Assembly: GCA_044226015.1 (NCBI GenBank)
Contig: JBGAHS010000003.1
Location: 480,001 to 544,000 of the forward strand
Direction of reading: 5' to 3'
Source of the DNA: Candidatus Obscuribacteraceae bacterium
GTDB taxonomy: Bacteria > Cyanobacteriota > Vampirovibrionia > Obscuribacterales > Obscuribacteraceae
Length of the DNA: 64,000 bases
Shown here piece after piece: positions 29,814-40,012 of this stretch. The position numbers and the translations under genes are program-made. Within the stretch, counting starts at the first letter, position 1, and every line of letters begins with the position of its first letter. The notes below the pieces were generated by a model that searched no databases, was not told the DNA's origin, and saw nothing but the letters and a program-made list of their open reading frames with translations.

Positions 29814-29934
29814 CCAGGAAACTGTAATCAGCAGCCCATGCAAAAATTGAGCTGCCTACAAATCGAACATAAATCTCGAAAAAAAGCCCAGGACCCTACA
29901 GCTTCGCACACCGAACTTCAAAAATGATCGCTTC

Positions 29935-29951
29935 TACTATTGCATAGAGTA
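29935..29951. repeat. TACTAY-N5-RTAGTA family palindrome (TACTAT TGCAT AGAGTA)
   Basis: Between convergent cassette units. Confidence 0.7.
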
Positions 29952-29960
29952 TTAACATCT

Positions 29961-29997
29961 AAAAGAAGACAAGGACAGAGCTTTCGCTCTGTCCTTG
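29961..29997 (-). terminator. Terminator with GAAA loop
   Basis: CAAGGACAGAGC/GCTCTGTCCTTG. Confidence 0.8.
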
Positions 29998-30035
29998 CCC
30001 GTCATCTTAGTTCAGTGCGCCTGAACCGATGACTC

Positions 30036-30668
30036 TTAGTGCGTGTCCTTCAGCTTGTCGAGCAGCTGAAGCGCATACAAGAAGAAGTTCATGAAGTCCA
30101 GGTACAGCTGCATGCTGACGTTGACAGCGCTTTCCCAGGTATTGCTCGCCTTCGTCATCCGGAAGAAGTCGAAGATGAAATACCCGGAAAAGATCAGCAT
30201 GCCCACGATGGACTCGATGATGCTTCCAGTGCGGCTCAGGCGCCAGAAGATGCTGATGAACCCAACGGCCACCAGCCCGAGCAGACCGAAGAAGAGGAAG
30301 CCACCCAGGAAGCTAAAGTCGACGCCCGAGAAGGCGCCCACCAGCCCACAGATGGACATCACACCGCCACTACCGACGAACGCGCCTGCCACAGTCTTCC
30401 AGCCCAGCCGCTCCTGATACATCTGCAGCGCCGGTCCCATGACCAGTCCGGAGACGAAGGTCCAACCCGCCAGCAGGGCGACGCCGAGCACGGGGTTGAC
30501 GTGAGCACCGAAGATGACGCCGATGGTGCCGAAAACGAAGATGACCGCGAGCACCAGGAACTCGCCCAGAGTGCGGATGTTACGGCCGAAATACGCGCCC
30601 GCGCCGCCGCAAGCCATGCAGCCAGCCAGCAGAAGGGCAACCTTGGTTGCAAGAGTGGTTTCCAACAT
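30036..30668 (-). CDS. Bax inhibitor-1/YccA family membrane protein; GC-rich cassette gene
   Basis: Multiple TMs; IFSGYFIFD, LYLDFMNFF. Confidence 0.85.
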   Translation of the reverse strand: MLETTLATKVALLLAGCMACGGAGAYFGRNIRTLGEFLVLAVIFVFGTIGVIFGAHVNPVLGVALLAGWTFVSGLVMGPALQMYQERLGWKTVAGAFVGSGGVMSICGLVGAFSGVDFSFLGGFLFFGLLGLVAVGFISIFWRLSRTGSIIESIVGMLIFSGYFIFDFFRMTKASNTWESAVNVSMQLYLDFMNFFLYALQLLDKLKDTH

Positions 30669-30768
30669 TCGAGTTTTCTCCTGTTCAGGTTAGGTGCGAG
30701 CGATTTAATCGCCCAGAAAGAAACCAGGCACAGGTCGAATGACCTGTGCCTGCATGGAACGCGAATCA

Positions 30769-32385
30769 CTACTTCGAGTCAGTCGAGGCTTCGAACTTTG
30801 CAGGGCTCTTGTGCCGCGAATAGAACACGAAGTAGAGAATGACTGCCGACCAGACAACCGCCAGCCGAATGAACGCAGTCAACGGCAGTTCGATCATCAA
30901 GCGAGCAGGTCCGACCACACCGGCAAGAGCAACCAGCACCCAGAACACCCCTGTCATAGCCGTTTTGCGGCTCTTCCAGTTGGTCTGTTTCACTGCGCCC
31001 ACCAGAACGATGAGTGAGGCAGTGATAAAGCAGGTCATCGTGCCGATGTTCGTCAGATGCATAAGCTCATCCACATCGAGCAGTGCAGTCAACACCGCGA
31101 TGGAACCGCCCACCACAAGTGTTGCCACAACCGGTACCTGACGGCTGTTCACCTTCTCAAACACAGCTGGAATCATCTTGTGCTGAGCCATGTTGAAGAG
31201 AAGGCGAGTCGTCGAGTAGGCGCTGGCGAGCAGTACTGAAATCAGCGCCACGGTCGAACCCAGCGTCACCCAGATAGTCGCGGACTTATAACCGAGAACT
31301 TCCAGAGCCTTCGCCATCGGAGCGGCACTCGGCTTGCCGTTCTCCATGAGTTGCTCGGGGGTGACTGCCGCATTGAGGAAGAACGTTGCTGCGACGTACA
31401 GCAGGATGACAGCGAGCAGTCCGAGCAGCATCCCCATCGGGATATTGCGCTTCGGATTCACCGTTTCACCTGCAGCCGTCGTGGCCATGTCCAGCCCCAC
31501 GTAAGCGAAGAACGCGCAGGAGGCGCCAGCAAGCGTGCCAGGCAGCCCCGGAGGTACCGGTCGATTGAGCAGCGTCGGGTCGAAATGCATGCCGAGAAGC
31601 ACGACAACAGTCCCGATGACCAACAGTTTCACGACCGTGAAGATGTTGGTGTACGCCTTGGTCTCGCCAATGCCGCGCATGAGAATCATCGTCACTAGGA
31701 CGATAATGCCCATAGACAACAGGTTGATGGATTGGAGACCTGAGGCAAAGCTAACCGCGAAGGAACAGCCCGCACCCAGAGCGAATAGCCCGCCGACAAG
31801 CTTCGCGACCTGCAGTGCCTTGTTGCCGACCTGCCGATTGTAGTAGCCGCTTGCGCTGAAGTAGCTACCAACGCCACAGAACAGAGCAGCGCCGCCGAAG
31901 AGCAACCAGTTGATGCCGGTCGGCGTGGTCGTGGCCCATTCTGGTAACTTGAGCCCCAGTGACAGGTCCAGTGCCATCTTCACGTGCTCAGCCTGTGACA
32001 CAGCCACAGCTGCTGTTCCGCCGATGCATTCCATCGCAACATCGACAAACATGAGCAAACCCCAGAGCTGCCCGAAGGTCATAGCGGCATAGCTGCCGGT
32101 ACTGCCGCTGCGGGAACTGCCGGTGGCAAGCTTAGCAAGACAGAGCGCAGGAGCCGCACAGATGAGTCCCGCCCAGAGGAAGGACTGCCATGCGTGTGCT
32201 CCAGCGTAGTTCGTGGCGATGACGCCAGGAGTAGTGAGAATGCCCGCGCCCACGGCTTGAGTCACCGTGAAGAGGAAGACACTCCAGAGTCCGAGGCTGC
32301 GAGCGAGTTTTTCGCCGCCATGATGGTCCTCGATGTTGACGGTGAGAGTGGCATCTCGCCACACTCCAGCTAGCCAATTTTTCAT
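30769..32385 (-). CDS. APC-family amino acid permease; GC-rich cassette gene
   Basis: L.RSLG, VGAGI, FFAYVG.D, E..NPKRNIP, NIGT. Confidence 0.88.
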   Translation of the reverse strand: MKNWLAGVWRDATLTVNIEDHHGGEKLARSLGLWSVFLFTVTQAVGAGILTTPGVIATNYAGAHAWQSFLWAGLICAAPALCLAKLATGSSRSGSTGSYAAMTFGQLWGLLMFVDVAMECIGGTAAVAVSQAEHVKMALDLSLGLKLPEWATTTPTGINWLLFGGAALFCGVGSYFSASGYYNRQVGNKALQVAKLVGGLFALGAGCSFAVSFASGLQSINLLSMGIIVLVTMILMRGIGETKAYTNIFTVVKLLVIGTVVVLLGMHFDPTLLNRPVPPGLPGTLAGASCAFFAYVGLDMATTAAGETVNPKRNIPMGMLLGLLAVILLYVAATFFLNAAVTPEQLMENGKPSAAPMAKALEVLGYKSATIWVTLGSTVALISVLLASAYSTTRLLFNMAQHKMIPAVFEKVNSRQVPVVATLVVGGSIAVLTALLDVDELMHLTNIGTMTCFITASLIVLVGAVKQTNWKSRKTAMTGVFWVLVALAGVVGPARLMIELPLTAFIRLAVVWSAVILYFVFYSRHKSPAKFEASTDSK

Positions 32386-32580
32386 GCGGAATTCCTGTTA
32401 AAGGTTCCATTCCGAGTCGACTTGCTCGGAACGACTTCAAAGAAAAACAGCCCAGCTCACACGAGCTGAACCGTACCTGAACGCCTAACACCTGGTAGGA
32501 GACTGAACTGTTCGAGTGATTGATTACCTGGGTGTTTGTCGGGCGCTCGGTGGGGGGGTTGTCGTATACAGTGACGCCTC

Positions 32581-32610
32581 ACTCTATGGTAGGGAAGCAG
32601 CGGCAATCAA
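32581..32610 (-). promoter_or_regulatory. Cassette-type promoter TTGATT-N18-TAGAGT
   Basis: Family spacing; C8 tract and structured leader follow. Confidence 0.65.
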
Positions 32611-32781
32611 ACGGGCAGCAACAAATGTTTGCGCCAAATCCCATTTATCCAGCAAAAACGCATGGCAATAGCTAGCGCAGATGTTCAGGTAGTGCTTAGC
32701 ATTTGAGAGAACTCATATTTGGGAAACGAGAGGATGAAGAAATATTCCATCCTTCGTTTCTTAAACAGTGATCTGATCAAC

Positions 32782-33720
32782 TCAGGCTTTAGTTGCTTCT
32801 TCGTGGGCAGCTTTAATTGCCCGATAGATATGGCTTGTAGCCTGTTCGCCGTCCTCCGGCAATTCGCATGAAGTACTGCCGTAAGTGCAAACGCTGATAG
32901 GCTTACCAATCACCGCAACAGTGCGATATTTGTCGCTTGAGAAAAACGGCTCTCCATCGTGCTTGCGGGGCAAGATGAAGTTTGCCAGCAACTTGAGCAA
33001 CTTGAAGGAAATCGGCACTTTGCTTTCGTCTCTCTTACAGTGAATTCCAACCGGCAAGATCCAGAGTTTTTGACCGGCCAGCTCTTCGCCAGCAAGGAAA
33101 GCGATTTCAGCGCATCCTCGCTTGAACAATTCTGGGGCAAGCAACTCTTGCGTATCGAGTTGTCCTTGCGGAAATATTGCAAGAACTGCGTCAAACCCAT
33201 CTTCAACAAGACCCCGTGCTGCGGTCTTCATCGCTCCAATTTTGGAACGCCGTGAAGTCTGATCAACCGGTATTGCTCCTGCGACCGTCATCAAAATACC
33301 TTCGGCTGTTCCTGGCAAAACCTCCAGACTGCTAATGAGAAATCGACCGGCTCTTGCCCCGAGAATTTCAGAGAGAACATCGGTGTCACCAATATCAGTA
33401 TGATTTGCTGCGATGATAAACCGCTCGGAAGGAATGTTTTCACGCCCCGAAACATCAATTCTCACCGACTCTAGTTTTCCTTTGAGCCAGAAGAGAGAAC
33501 GAAGAACTTTGCAGCACGCTTCGCTGGTCTTAGGAGCAAGATAACCAGGAGTCTGAATCTTGAAGGATTCCTCCGACCAGAAGGCTAGCCATTTTACAGT
33601 TCTAACAATACAAACAGGGAGGAATAGAACTAGAGTTAAAACTGCCAGGGAGATGAGCAGGAGAGATGCTCCAAAACTCACATGAGCCCAGCTGATTAAC
33701 CCGAAAATTTGTTGGTTCAT
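32782..33720 (-). CDS. Lysophospholipid acyltransferase (PlsC-like)
   Basis: NHTDIGD (HxxxxD), GAIPVD, IFPQG. Confidence 0.8.
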   Translation of the reverse strand: MNQQIFGLISWAHVSFGASLLLISLAVLTLVLFLPVCIVRTVKWLAFWSEESFKIQTPGYLAPKTSEACCKVLRSLFWLKGKLESVRIDVSGRENIPSERFIIAANHTDIGDTDVLSEILGARAGRFLISSLEVLPGTAEGILMTVAGAIPVDQTSRRSKIGAMKTAARGLVEDGFDAVLAIFPQGQLDTQELLAPELFKRGCAEIAFLAGEELAGQKLWILPVGIHCKRDESKVPISFKLLKLLANFILPRKHDGEPFFSSDKYRTVAVIGKPISVCTYGSTSCELPEDGEQATSHIYRAIKAAHEEATKA

Positions 33721-33735
33721 TTATCATTCTTCTCC

Positions 33736-33770
33736 AAAAAAAAGACGGAGCTGCATACAGCGACCCCGTC
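33736..33770 (-). terminator. Terminator-like hairpin directly before the acyltransferase RBS
   Basis: GACGG stem plus T8 on the minus strand. Confidence 0.55.
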
Positions 33771-33806
33771 TTAGCCTCTTCTCTGTCAGCGCCTGAACAT
33801 GTGCAA

Positions 33807-35054
33807 TCAGTCGGCGCGATTTCGATCTCGTTCATAGGCGATCCGATCTCGCTCATCGAGCAAGCGGAAATAAGGTTCGCCCGCATCATTGGTCAAAAGC
33901 AAAACTTCCATGGGCAACACCGGATTTGCAAAACCAAAAGGCAACCAGTTTTTCCGGTGCCTGGTGAATGCATCAAAATCCTTGTTGAAGAGTCTTGCGA
34001 GAATTGAAATGACATGTGTTGAACAGAGGTCTGATTCATCTCTTTGCGTGTTGCCTAAGAAGAGCTTCCCGAGACGTGGAAAGCGCATTCTGACACAGGC
34101 GACGAGTCCTTCATAATCAGCGAAAACCATTTTTCCCCAGTTGTAACCTGTGGAACGGAGCCGCCTCGTCAGAGCATCTTTTTGACCAGCAGTGAGAAAG
34201 GGAATTCGCTTAATCAGTATTCGTCGCCTGGCATTCTCGCGAATTGCAGCCAGACGGTTTCGCTTTATCTTGTACATAACGAGCCGATTCAATTTTTCTT
34301 TCCAGGCAGAACCAGATGCTCGAAGAAGCTCTTGCTGCCCCACTTCCGTCAAGCGTGCACAGAACCAGCGTTCGTACCCTTCTTTCAGCCAGGTGTGTTT
34401 CTTGCAGTCCCGAATAACGTCTTCACACGCATGTATGTACGTGCCTGAACCCATTGCACAAGACGAAGCAATAAGAGACTTATTCAGATTGGCTTCTTTG
34501 AACTGACTCCACTCTTGAACGCTGATGGCAACATTCTGCAGCGGCACTGCGTAGATCTCTTCAGAAATTATCTCGCAATGGGCAAAAGCCTGATGAAATG
34601 GCTCCCACCAGACTCCTGTAGTGCCGATTACATCGCCAACCTGAAATGCCTGAGATGGCGGGTCAATCCATGTATCCACAGGCACTACACCGCGCTCAAC
34701 TTTACGGTACAGAAGACGAAGCTTAATCGCTTTAGTGATCAAAAGTGACCATAGAAACATAATCAACATTCCGGCAATCACTTCGCGCAAACACGGTGCT
34801 TTCAGAATTCCAATTGCTGCAGTCAGAGAGCCCAGACCAATGCAGAGCCAGAGCCAACGCTGCTTGCGAGTGTCGAAGAAGACAGGACGCACAAGCTCGT
34901 AGAGCCCGTTTGTTTCAAACAGCCAGAGCACAGACACAAACAAGGGAAACGAAGATTTGAAGGTGCATGGTTCCGACAAAACCAGTGCAGTAGCAAGCCA
35001 AGCCATGACGGAATAAGTTAGTTTTACCGCGTTATCAACTTTGCTCTTTATCAT
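33807..35054 (-). CDS. Membrane protein with possible permuted papain-like (YiiX/NlpC-P60) C-terminal domain
   Basis: Four N-terminal TMs; GDVIG...HCEI...GYNW...LCSTHV...NPVLP order is His-before-Cys. Confidence 0.5.
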   Translation of the reverse strand: MIKSKVDNAVKLTYSVMAWLATALVLSEPCTFKSSFPLFVSVLWLFETNGLYELVRPVFFDTRKQRWLWLCIGLGSLTAAIGILKAPCLREVIAGMLIMFLWSLLITKAIKLRLLYRKVERGVVPVDTWIDPPSQAFQVGDVIGTTGVWWEPFHQAFAHCEIISEEIYAVPLQNVAISVQEWSQFKEANLNKSLIASSCAMGSGTYIHACEDVIRDCKKHTWLKEGYERWFCARLTEVGQQELLRASGSAWKEKLNRLVMYKIKRNRLAAIRENARRRILIKRIPFLTAGQKDALTRRLRSTGYNWGKMVFADYEGLVACVRMRFPRLGKLFLGNTQRDESDLCSTHVISILARLFNKDFDAFTRHRKNWLPFGFANPVLPMEVLLLTNDAGEPYFRLLDERDRIAYERDRNRAD

Positions 35055-35072
35055 TGTTGTTCCTCAAGTGAC

Positions 35073-35104
35073 AAAAACAAAAAGGCAGTCGCCGAGCGAC
35101 TGCC
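35073..35104 (-). terminator. Leader terminator/attenuator before 35054
   Basis: GGCAGTCGC/GCGACTGCC plus TTTTTGTTTTT, about 20 nt before the ATG. Confidence 0.6.
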
Positions 35105-35658
35105 TGCTGCACCACACGAGAACGAGCTCGCATAAATGCGTCAACAATTACTATTCAGATTTGGATTAGGGCTAAGGTCTGTCCGATGAACGAGTGAATA
35201 GAGATGTCTATGCGTTTAGTAAATCGTTTCCTTCGAACTCAAAGCAACATTGAAATGCGACTAACCCTTGCTTTCGACCTTTGCGAAGCTACTGCTAGTT
35301 TTTTTTGCCAAGCAGCAAAACCCTTCCTGCTTAACGCGATCACTTCCGCGAATCTAACGAGTTACAAAAGAAACGATCTTGCGAGTTTCTTTTAGCGCCA
35401 ACTTAGTGAGCTAGTTTTGCTCTGGTTTCCCAGAAAGCACTGTTTATTCAGTCCTGCCGGAAGCGCTACAAAAGGGTGTGAAGACATCTTTTTTTTTCAA
35501 TTCAGGCGACCCGCCAAATCAAACTCTAAACCGTTTAACTACTAATCAAAGATTGAGCTTTTGAGCTCGTTTTTCAACACGCATTAAAGCGAAGCAGCCT
35601 GCTTCTATGGACAAGGTCTTTAGAGCATGCTTCTTCGCTTTTTCCTCGAAGGAGCGAT

Positions 35659-35988
35659 ATGAATAAGAACACCATGATGCGAGTATCACTCGCAATAATT
35701 TTCGTTTCTATTACCTTGCTGATCGCCGCTCTGCAGATTCCTCACATTGGTGAAGGCGCTCCTGAGTGGCACACCGTGCGTCGCCCCCGAATACCCACCA
35801 GCACCACATCTGGTACCAGCGACAGTCGCCATGCCGACCGAGAAATCATTCTCTACAAGAGAGTTTGCGTAGACGGGAACTCCCGCAAGATTCGCATAAA
35901 GACAACTGCGTTCTGGATCGGCACTCTTAACTGTTACTGCTATTTCGACGACTACGGAAGGCTTTGTGCCGTTCCCGAACTCCGTTGA
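35659..35988 (+). CDS. Hypothetical membrane-anchored protein
   Basis: AAGGAG RBS; N-terminal TM. Confidence 0.55.
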   Translation: MNKNTMMRVSLAIIFVSITLLIAALQIPHIGEGAPEWHTVRRPRIPTSTTSGTSDSRHADREIILYKRVCVDGNSRKIRIKTTAFWIGTLNCYCYFDDYGRLCAVPELR

Positions 35989-36032
35989 ACAGACTCCGTA
36001 TCGCTAATCTCCAATCGCAAGAGGTTCCAAAA

Positions 36033-36476
36033 ATGACTCTAGTTAAACCTGTCATTCCTGCTGCTTTGTTCATTTTGCTCGATGATTCAGTACCAGGCTA
36101 CGCCGCTCTTTGTGAAACAGCCCACTCATTGACCGAATCTAAGTCTAGAGATGCTCTGACGCATCTGAGAAAAGCTGTTGTCCTCCAGACCCAGGCAATC
36201 GACAGCTTTTGTGCAGACAATTTCCCCTATCGACCTGCCCTCCTGGTTTTGCGCAAGCGCCTTCTTGCCATTCATTTACTTGAGGCGCTCTATTACATCA
36301 AGGTAAACAATCTCTCCGAGGCAAAAGCAGCGTATGCCAACGCTTTTTCACTTAGCGAAAAAATTCAGACAGACGAGGCAGCAATGCTCGAAACTCTGGA
36401 GGCAATGGGAACTGTAGCAGTGCTAACTCAAATGCTAGAAAGAAAATTGTCGAGGTATCGACCTAGCTGTTTCTAA
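36033..36476 (+). CDS. Hypothetical helical protein
   Basis: GAGG RBS before ATG 36033; hairpin follows. Confidence 0.5.
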   Translation: MTLVKPVIPAALFILLDDSVPGYAALCETAHSLTESKSRDALTHLRKAVVLQTQAIDSFCADNFPYRPALLVLRKRLLAIHLLEALYYIKVNNLSEAKAAYANAFSLSEKIQTDEAAMLETLEAMGTVAVLTQMLERKLSRYRPSCF

Positions 36477-36549
36477 AGTTCCAATAGAGATCGCGGTTGC
36501 GAAGCAGAAGAGAGACCAACTCCTTCTGCTTCACAATTTTGTCCCGCTT

Positions 36550-36566
36550 TACTATACGCATTCGTA
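36550..36566. repeat. TACTAY-N5-RTAGTA family palindrome (TACTAT ACGCA TTCGTA)
   Basis: Between two convergent terminators; arms identical to the 1727 copy. Confidence 0.7.
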
Positions 36567-36590
36567 TATCAAAAAAAAGAGGCAAACCAC

Positions 36591-36630
36591 CGAAAACGAA
36601 GGGGAGCAGGTCTTTGCAGACCTGCTCCCC
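36591..36630 (-). terminator. Terminator with GCAA loop
   Basis: GGGGAGCAGGTCT/AGACCTGCTCCCC. Confidence 0.75.
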
Positions 36631-36659
36631 CCGAAACAAATTACTAGCCGACTACGAAC

Positions 36660-37037
36660 TTAGCGCGCGCGGCGATAGAAGCCATTGCAGTCGTAATACC
36701 AGTAGCCGCCGCGGATGTTATCCCAGTAGGCGCGGACGTAATGCGGATAGGGCGAGCAGAAATCGCTTACCAGAACGGAGATCGAGCCCGCCGGTGCCGG
36801 ATAGGGACGCGGATAGGGGCGAGGATAAGGCTGTGGGTAAGGACGGGGATAGTACCCGCCGTTGTAGCCGCCACGATAGCCGTAGTAGCCATGATGACCA
36901 CCGATATCGACCCGCACGCCGACTCCACCAACACCAACGTAACCGCCGACACGACCGCCAGGTCCGTGAGCGAAGGCCGCGGGTGCCGACACGAACAGTC
37001 CGACCACAAGAGCAGCCGCCATCAACATCTTCTTCAT
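36660..37037 (-). CDS. Small secreted Gly/Tyr/Pro-rich protein (PYPR repeats); GC-rich cassette gene
   Basis: Signal peptide MKKMLM...AFA; YPRPYPQPYPRPYPRPYP. Confidence 0.75.
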   Translation of the reverse strand: MKKMLMAAALVVGLFVSAPAAFAHGPGGRVGGYVGVGGVGVRVDIGGHHGYYGYRGGYNGGYYPRPYPQPYPRPYPRPYPAPAGSISVLVSDFCSPYPHYVRAYWDNIRGGYWYYDCNGFYRRAR

Positions 37038-37221
37038 AAAGGTTCCTTTTCGAGGCTTGTAGCCACAGTTGGAAGACAGCCAGAGCTCTGTCTCAGTTTT
37101 TGATGCACCTAACAACAACCCCCGTCTGGCAATAGCGCAGACAAGAATGGTCTAAAGATTGGCTCTGGAGATTCTTTGACGATTTTCCTGGGGGGTAAGG
37201 AAAGGTGCAAGAGGATAAGCT

Positions 37222-37251
37222 AAACTATCAACTAAGTTACGCAGCTATCAA
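37222..37251 (-). promoter_or_regulatory. Cassette-type promoter TTGATA-N18-TAGTTT
   Basis: Family spacing; C/T-rich tract follows. Confidence 0.55.
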
Positions 37252-37400
37252 TGACTCTGCTCACAGAAATAATTTAAAACCTCAAATAAACCACTATCGG
37301 CTAGCGTGAGCTTTCACTGCGCTTAATCTGCGACAGATTCTACCCATTTGGATGACAGGCATATATACTGTGTCGGTGCTACGAGCAACGGAGAGTAGAT

Positions 37401-38660
37401 ATGTCTAAAACACCTTTCAGCAAGCGCCGAGCAATCATTCTGATTGTCGATGGCTGCGGAATAGGAGCAGCGCCCGACGCCTCTAAATTCGGCGACTCAA
37501 ACACCTGTAATTCGATTGGCAACACAGCCAGCGTCGTAGGCGGTCTGAGCTTGCCCAATATGGAAAGACTGGGTCTGGGAAATATCAACGCAGTTGCGGG
37601 TGTTTCAAATACCAAGGACCCAGTGGGGTTCTATGGAAAACTTGAGGAGCTGTCGGCAGGTAAAGACACTCAGACAGGACATTGGGAAATGATGGGAATC
37701 GTCAGTGATTGCGGCTTCCCGACTTACCCCGACGGTTTTCCCGAAGAAGTAGTAAATCAATTCGTAAGAGAAACAGGTTGCAAGCAAATTTTGTGCAACA
37801 AGCCAGCTTCTGGAACAGCTGTTCTGGAAGAACTCGGAGAAGAGCATCAGAGAACCGGCTACCCGATTGTCTACACGTCAGGTGACAGCGTATTTCAGCT
37901 TGCCTGCCATGTAGACACCATCCCTCTGGAAAAGCAGTATGAATGGTGTCAGATTGCACGTAAGATGTTCAATCAAGGCAAATACAAAATTGGGCGTATC
38001 ATTGCGCGCCCATTTAACGGAACACCCGGCAATTACAAGCGCATGAGTTTCGAAAGAAGAGACCTCGGGGTCAAACCGCCTTCCAAGACGTTTATGGACG
38101 AGTTGATTGACCGTGGTTCAGGCGTTCTTGGAATTGGCAAAATCGAAGACATATTCGACAAGCAAGGTGTCAGCTACGCACAGCATACAGGCTCTAATAA
38201 AGAAGGGCTTGAACTCACGTTGCAAGCGGTGGCAGGCAAATATGACTATACCGGAAGAGCAGTCGGCAAAGAGACACCAGATGCGGTGCAACTCATATTC
38301 ACAAATCTTGTGGACACCGACTCTCTATACGGTCACAGACGAAATGTCGAAGGCTACGCAGGTGCACTTACCGAAATAGACCAGTGGCTCGGAAAAATAA
38401 TGGATGCAATGAACGAGGACGACCTTCTACTCATATCTTCCGACCACGGCAATGACCCTACTGCGCCGGGCAGCGACCACACTAGAGAATATGTTCCGAT
38501 TCTTGCATATTCAAAATCACTTGAAGCTATTGCAAAAGAAAATAGAAATGTAGGAATCAGAAAGGGTTTCTACGACATAGCCGCAAGCCTGTCGGGATGG
38601 TTCGGCATGCCCGCTTCACACGGCGATTCCTTCATTCCGCAATTAACAGAGGTAGCGTAA
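37401..38660 (+). CDS. deoB: Phosphopentomutase
   Basis: DGCGIG, GKDTQTGHWE, YTSGDSVFQ, NLVDTDSLYGHRR, SDHGNDPT, DHTRE. Confidence 0.95.
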   Translation: MSKTPFSKRRAIILIVDGCGIGAAPDASKFGDSNTCNSIGNTASVVGGLSLPNMERLGLGNINAVAGVSNTKDPVGFYGKLEELSAGKDTQTGHWEMMGIVSDCGFPTYPDGFPEEVVNQFVRETGCKQILCNKPASGTAVLEELGEEHQRTGYPIVYTSGDSVFQLACHVDTIPLEKQYEWCQIARKMFNQGKYKIGRIIARPFNGTPGNYKRMSFERRDLGVKPPSKTFMDELIDRGSGVLGIGKIEDIFDKQGVSYAQHTGSNKEGLELTLQAVAGKYDYTGRAVGKETPDAVQLIFTNLVDTDSLYGHRRNVEGYAGALTEIDQWLGKIMDAMNEDDLLLISSDHGNDPTAPGSDHTREYVPILAYSKSLEAIAKENRNVGIRKGFYDIAASLSGWFGMPASHGDSFIPQLTEVA

Positions 38661-39194
38661 ATGGCAGAAAACATGAAAGCTGCTTTCCGGGGCGCAAGAA
38701 TGGTCGATTACACCGGAACCCTGCAAGATTTCCAACAGATGCCACACTTTCAGAGTGAATTTGTTGACCTGATCAGAGACACCCGCAACGGTGCTAAAGC
38801 AGTGGTCATTGTTGACCGCGAGATAGGACCTAAGTCTTCCGCTGCCAAGATTGTCACCGACCATATCAATTTGACAGGCGACAATCCTCTTGTCGGTCCA
38901 AATAATCCTATCGGAGAACGATTTCCGATCGTCCAGGGCATTTATCTGAATGAATGTTGGGATAATGCCGAAAGAGTAGTTGTCGCCGGGATAAAAGAAG
39001 GAGTTAAGCCAACTCCGGAAGATTTGAGCCTGCTGCAAGACATAGGTGCGAATGCTTGCTCTTACAATCTTGTGCCATCAATGCTGGTGGCAGCACATGC
39101 AGGCTGGAAGGTTTTGGGAATTGTACTCCCAGAGGGAGTTCAGCTCAACGCAGAGCAGTTGGCCGCAGTAAAGAAACTTACAGGAGCAAAGTAA
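38661..39194 (+). CDS. Degenerate partial purine nucleoside phosphorylase-like protein
   Basis: DHINLTGDNPLVGPN...GERFP and AAHAG.KVLGI retained; catalytic YET/GMST motifs altered. Confidence 0.65.
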   Translation: MAENMKAAFRGARMVDYTGTLQDFQQMPHFQSEFVDLIRDTRNGAKAVVIVDREIGPKSSAAKIVTDHINLTGDNPLVGPNNPIGERFPIVQGIYLNECWDNAERVVVAGIKEGVKPTPEDLSLLQDIGANACSYNLVPSMLVAAHAGWKVLGIVLPEGVQLNAEQLAAVKKLTGAK

Positions 39195-40012
39195 TGGAGA
39201 AAGTAGCAGCAAAACCTGTACAAGAAGCAGTTCAGTTCTTGCGCCAATTTTGCCCCGAAACGCCCTCAGCTGCAATAGTCTTAGGGTCTGGGGTCAAAGT
39301 ACTCGAGAACCTTGAGGAAAGTCGCTCTGTCACATTTCAGGAAGTCTTCGGCATATCGCCTGGAGTCGTTGGTCATTCAGGTGCCATAACCGTAGGTAAA
39401 GTAGATGGAAACACAGTTGCAGTCTTACGCGGACGTTTCCATCTCTATGAAGGGCACTCCTGGGACGTAGTAACATTGCCGACACAAGTCTTAGTTGAAT
39501 GGGGCGTCCCAAATCTTTATCTAACCAATGCCGCTGGTGGTATCAATCAAAATTTTTGCGTAGGCGATCTAATGTTGCTGACGGGCTACCGCGACCATCT
39601 GAATTCTTCCTATCGCACAAGCGGTCTGCTTCCGCAGATGCGAAAAGCAACAGTCAATTGCACTAATCAGCTGACTGACCATATTCTACAAACAGCCAAT
39701 TCCCTCAGCAAAGAAGACAAGCAATTCCGCCTGATGCAGAGCGGAACATACGTTGGGCTACTGGGACCGAACTACGAGACTCTTGCTGAAATCGAAATGC
39801 TGAAATACCTGCATTGCGATGCTGTTGGTATGTCAACCGTTCCCGAACTGCTAACCTGCAACGGAACAAATACTCGAGCCGCAGCAATTTCTGTGATAAC
39901 AAATGTCTGGAAACCTGATGAAGCTGTTGGTGGGCACGAAGAAGTTCTCACTGCCGCAAAAGAAGCATCAGAACGGCTAGACAAGCTGTTTCGCAAAGCA
40001 ATCAAGTCCTGA
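39194..40012 (+). CDS. punA: Purine nucleoside phosphorylase (trimeric type)
   Basis: VLGSG, GRFHLYEG, TNAAGG, GPNYET.AE, GMSTVPE, HEEV. Confidence 0.92.
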   Translation: MEKVAAKPVQEAVQFLRQFCPETPSAAIVLGSGVKVLENLEESRSVTFQEVFGISPGVVGHSGAITVGKVDGNTVAVLRGRFHLYEGHSWDVVTLPTQVLVEWGVPNLYLTNAAGGINQNFCVGDLMLLTGYRDHLNSSYRTSGLLPQMRKATVNCTNQLTDHILQTANSLSKEDKQFRLMQSGTYVGLLGPNYETLAEIEMLKYLHCDAVGMSTVPELLTCNGTNTRAAAISVITNVWKPDEAVGGHEEVLTAAKEASERLDKLFRKAIKS

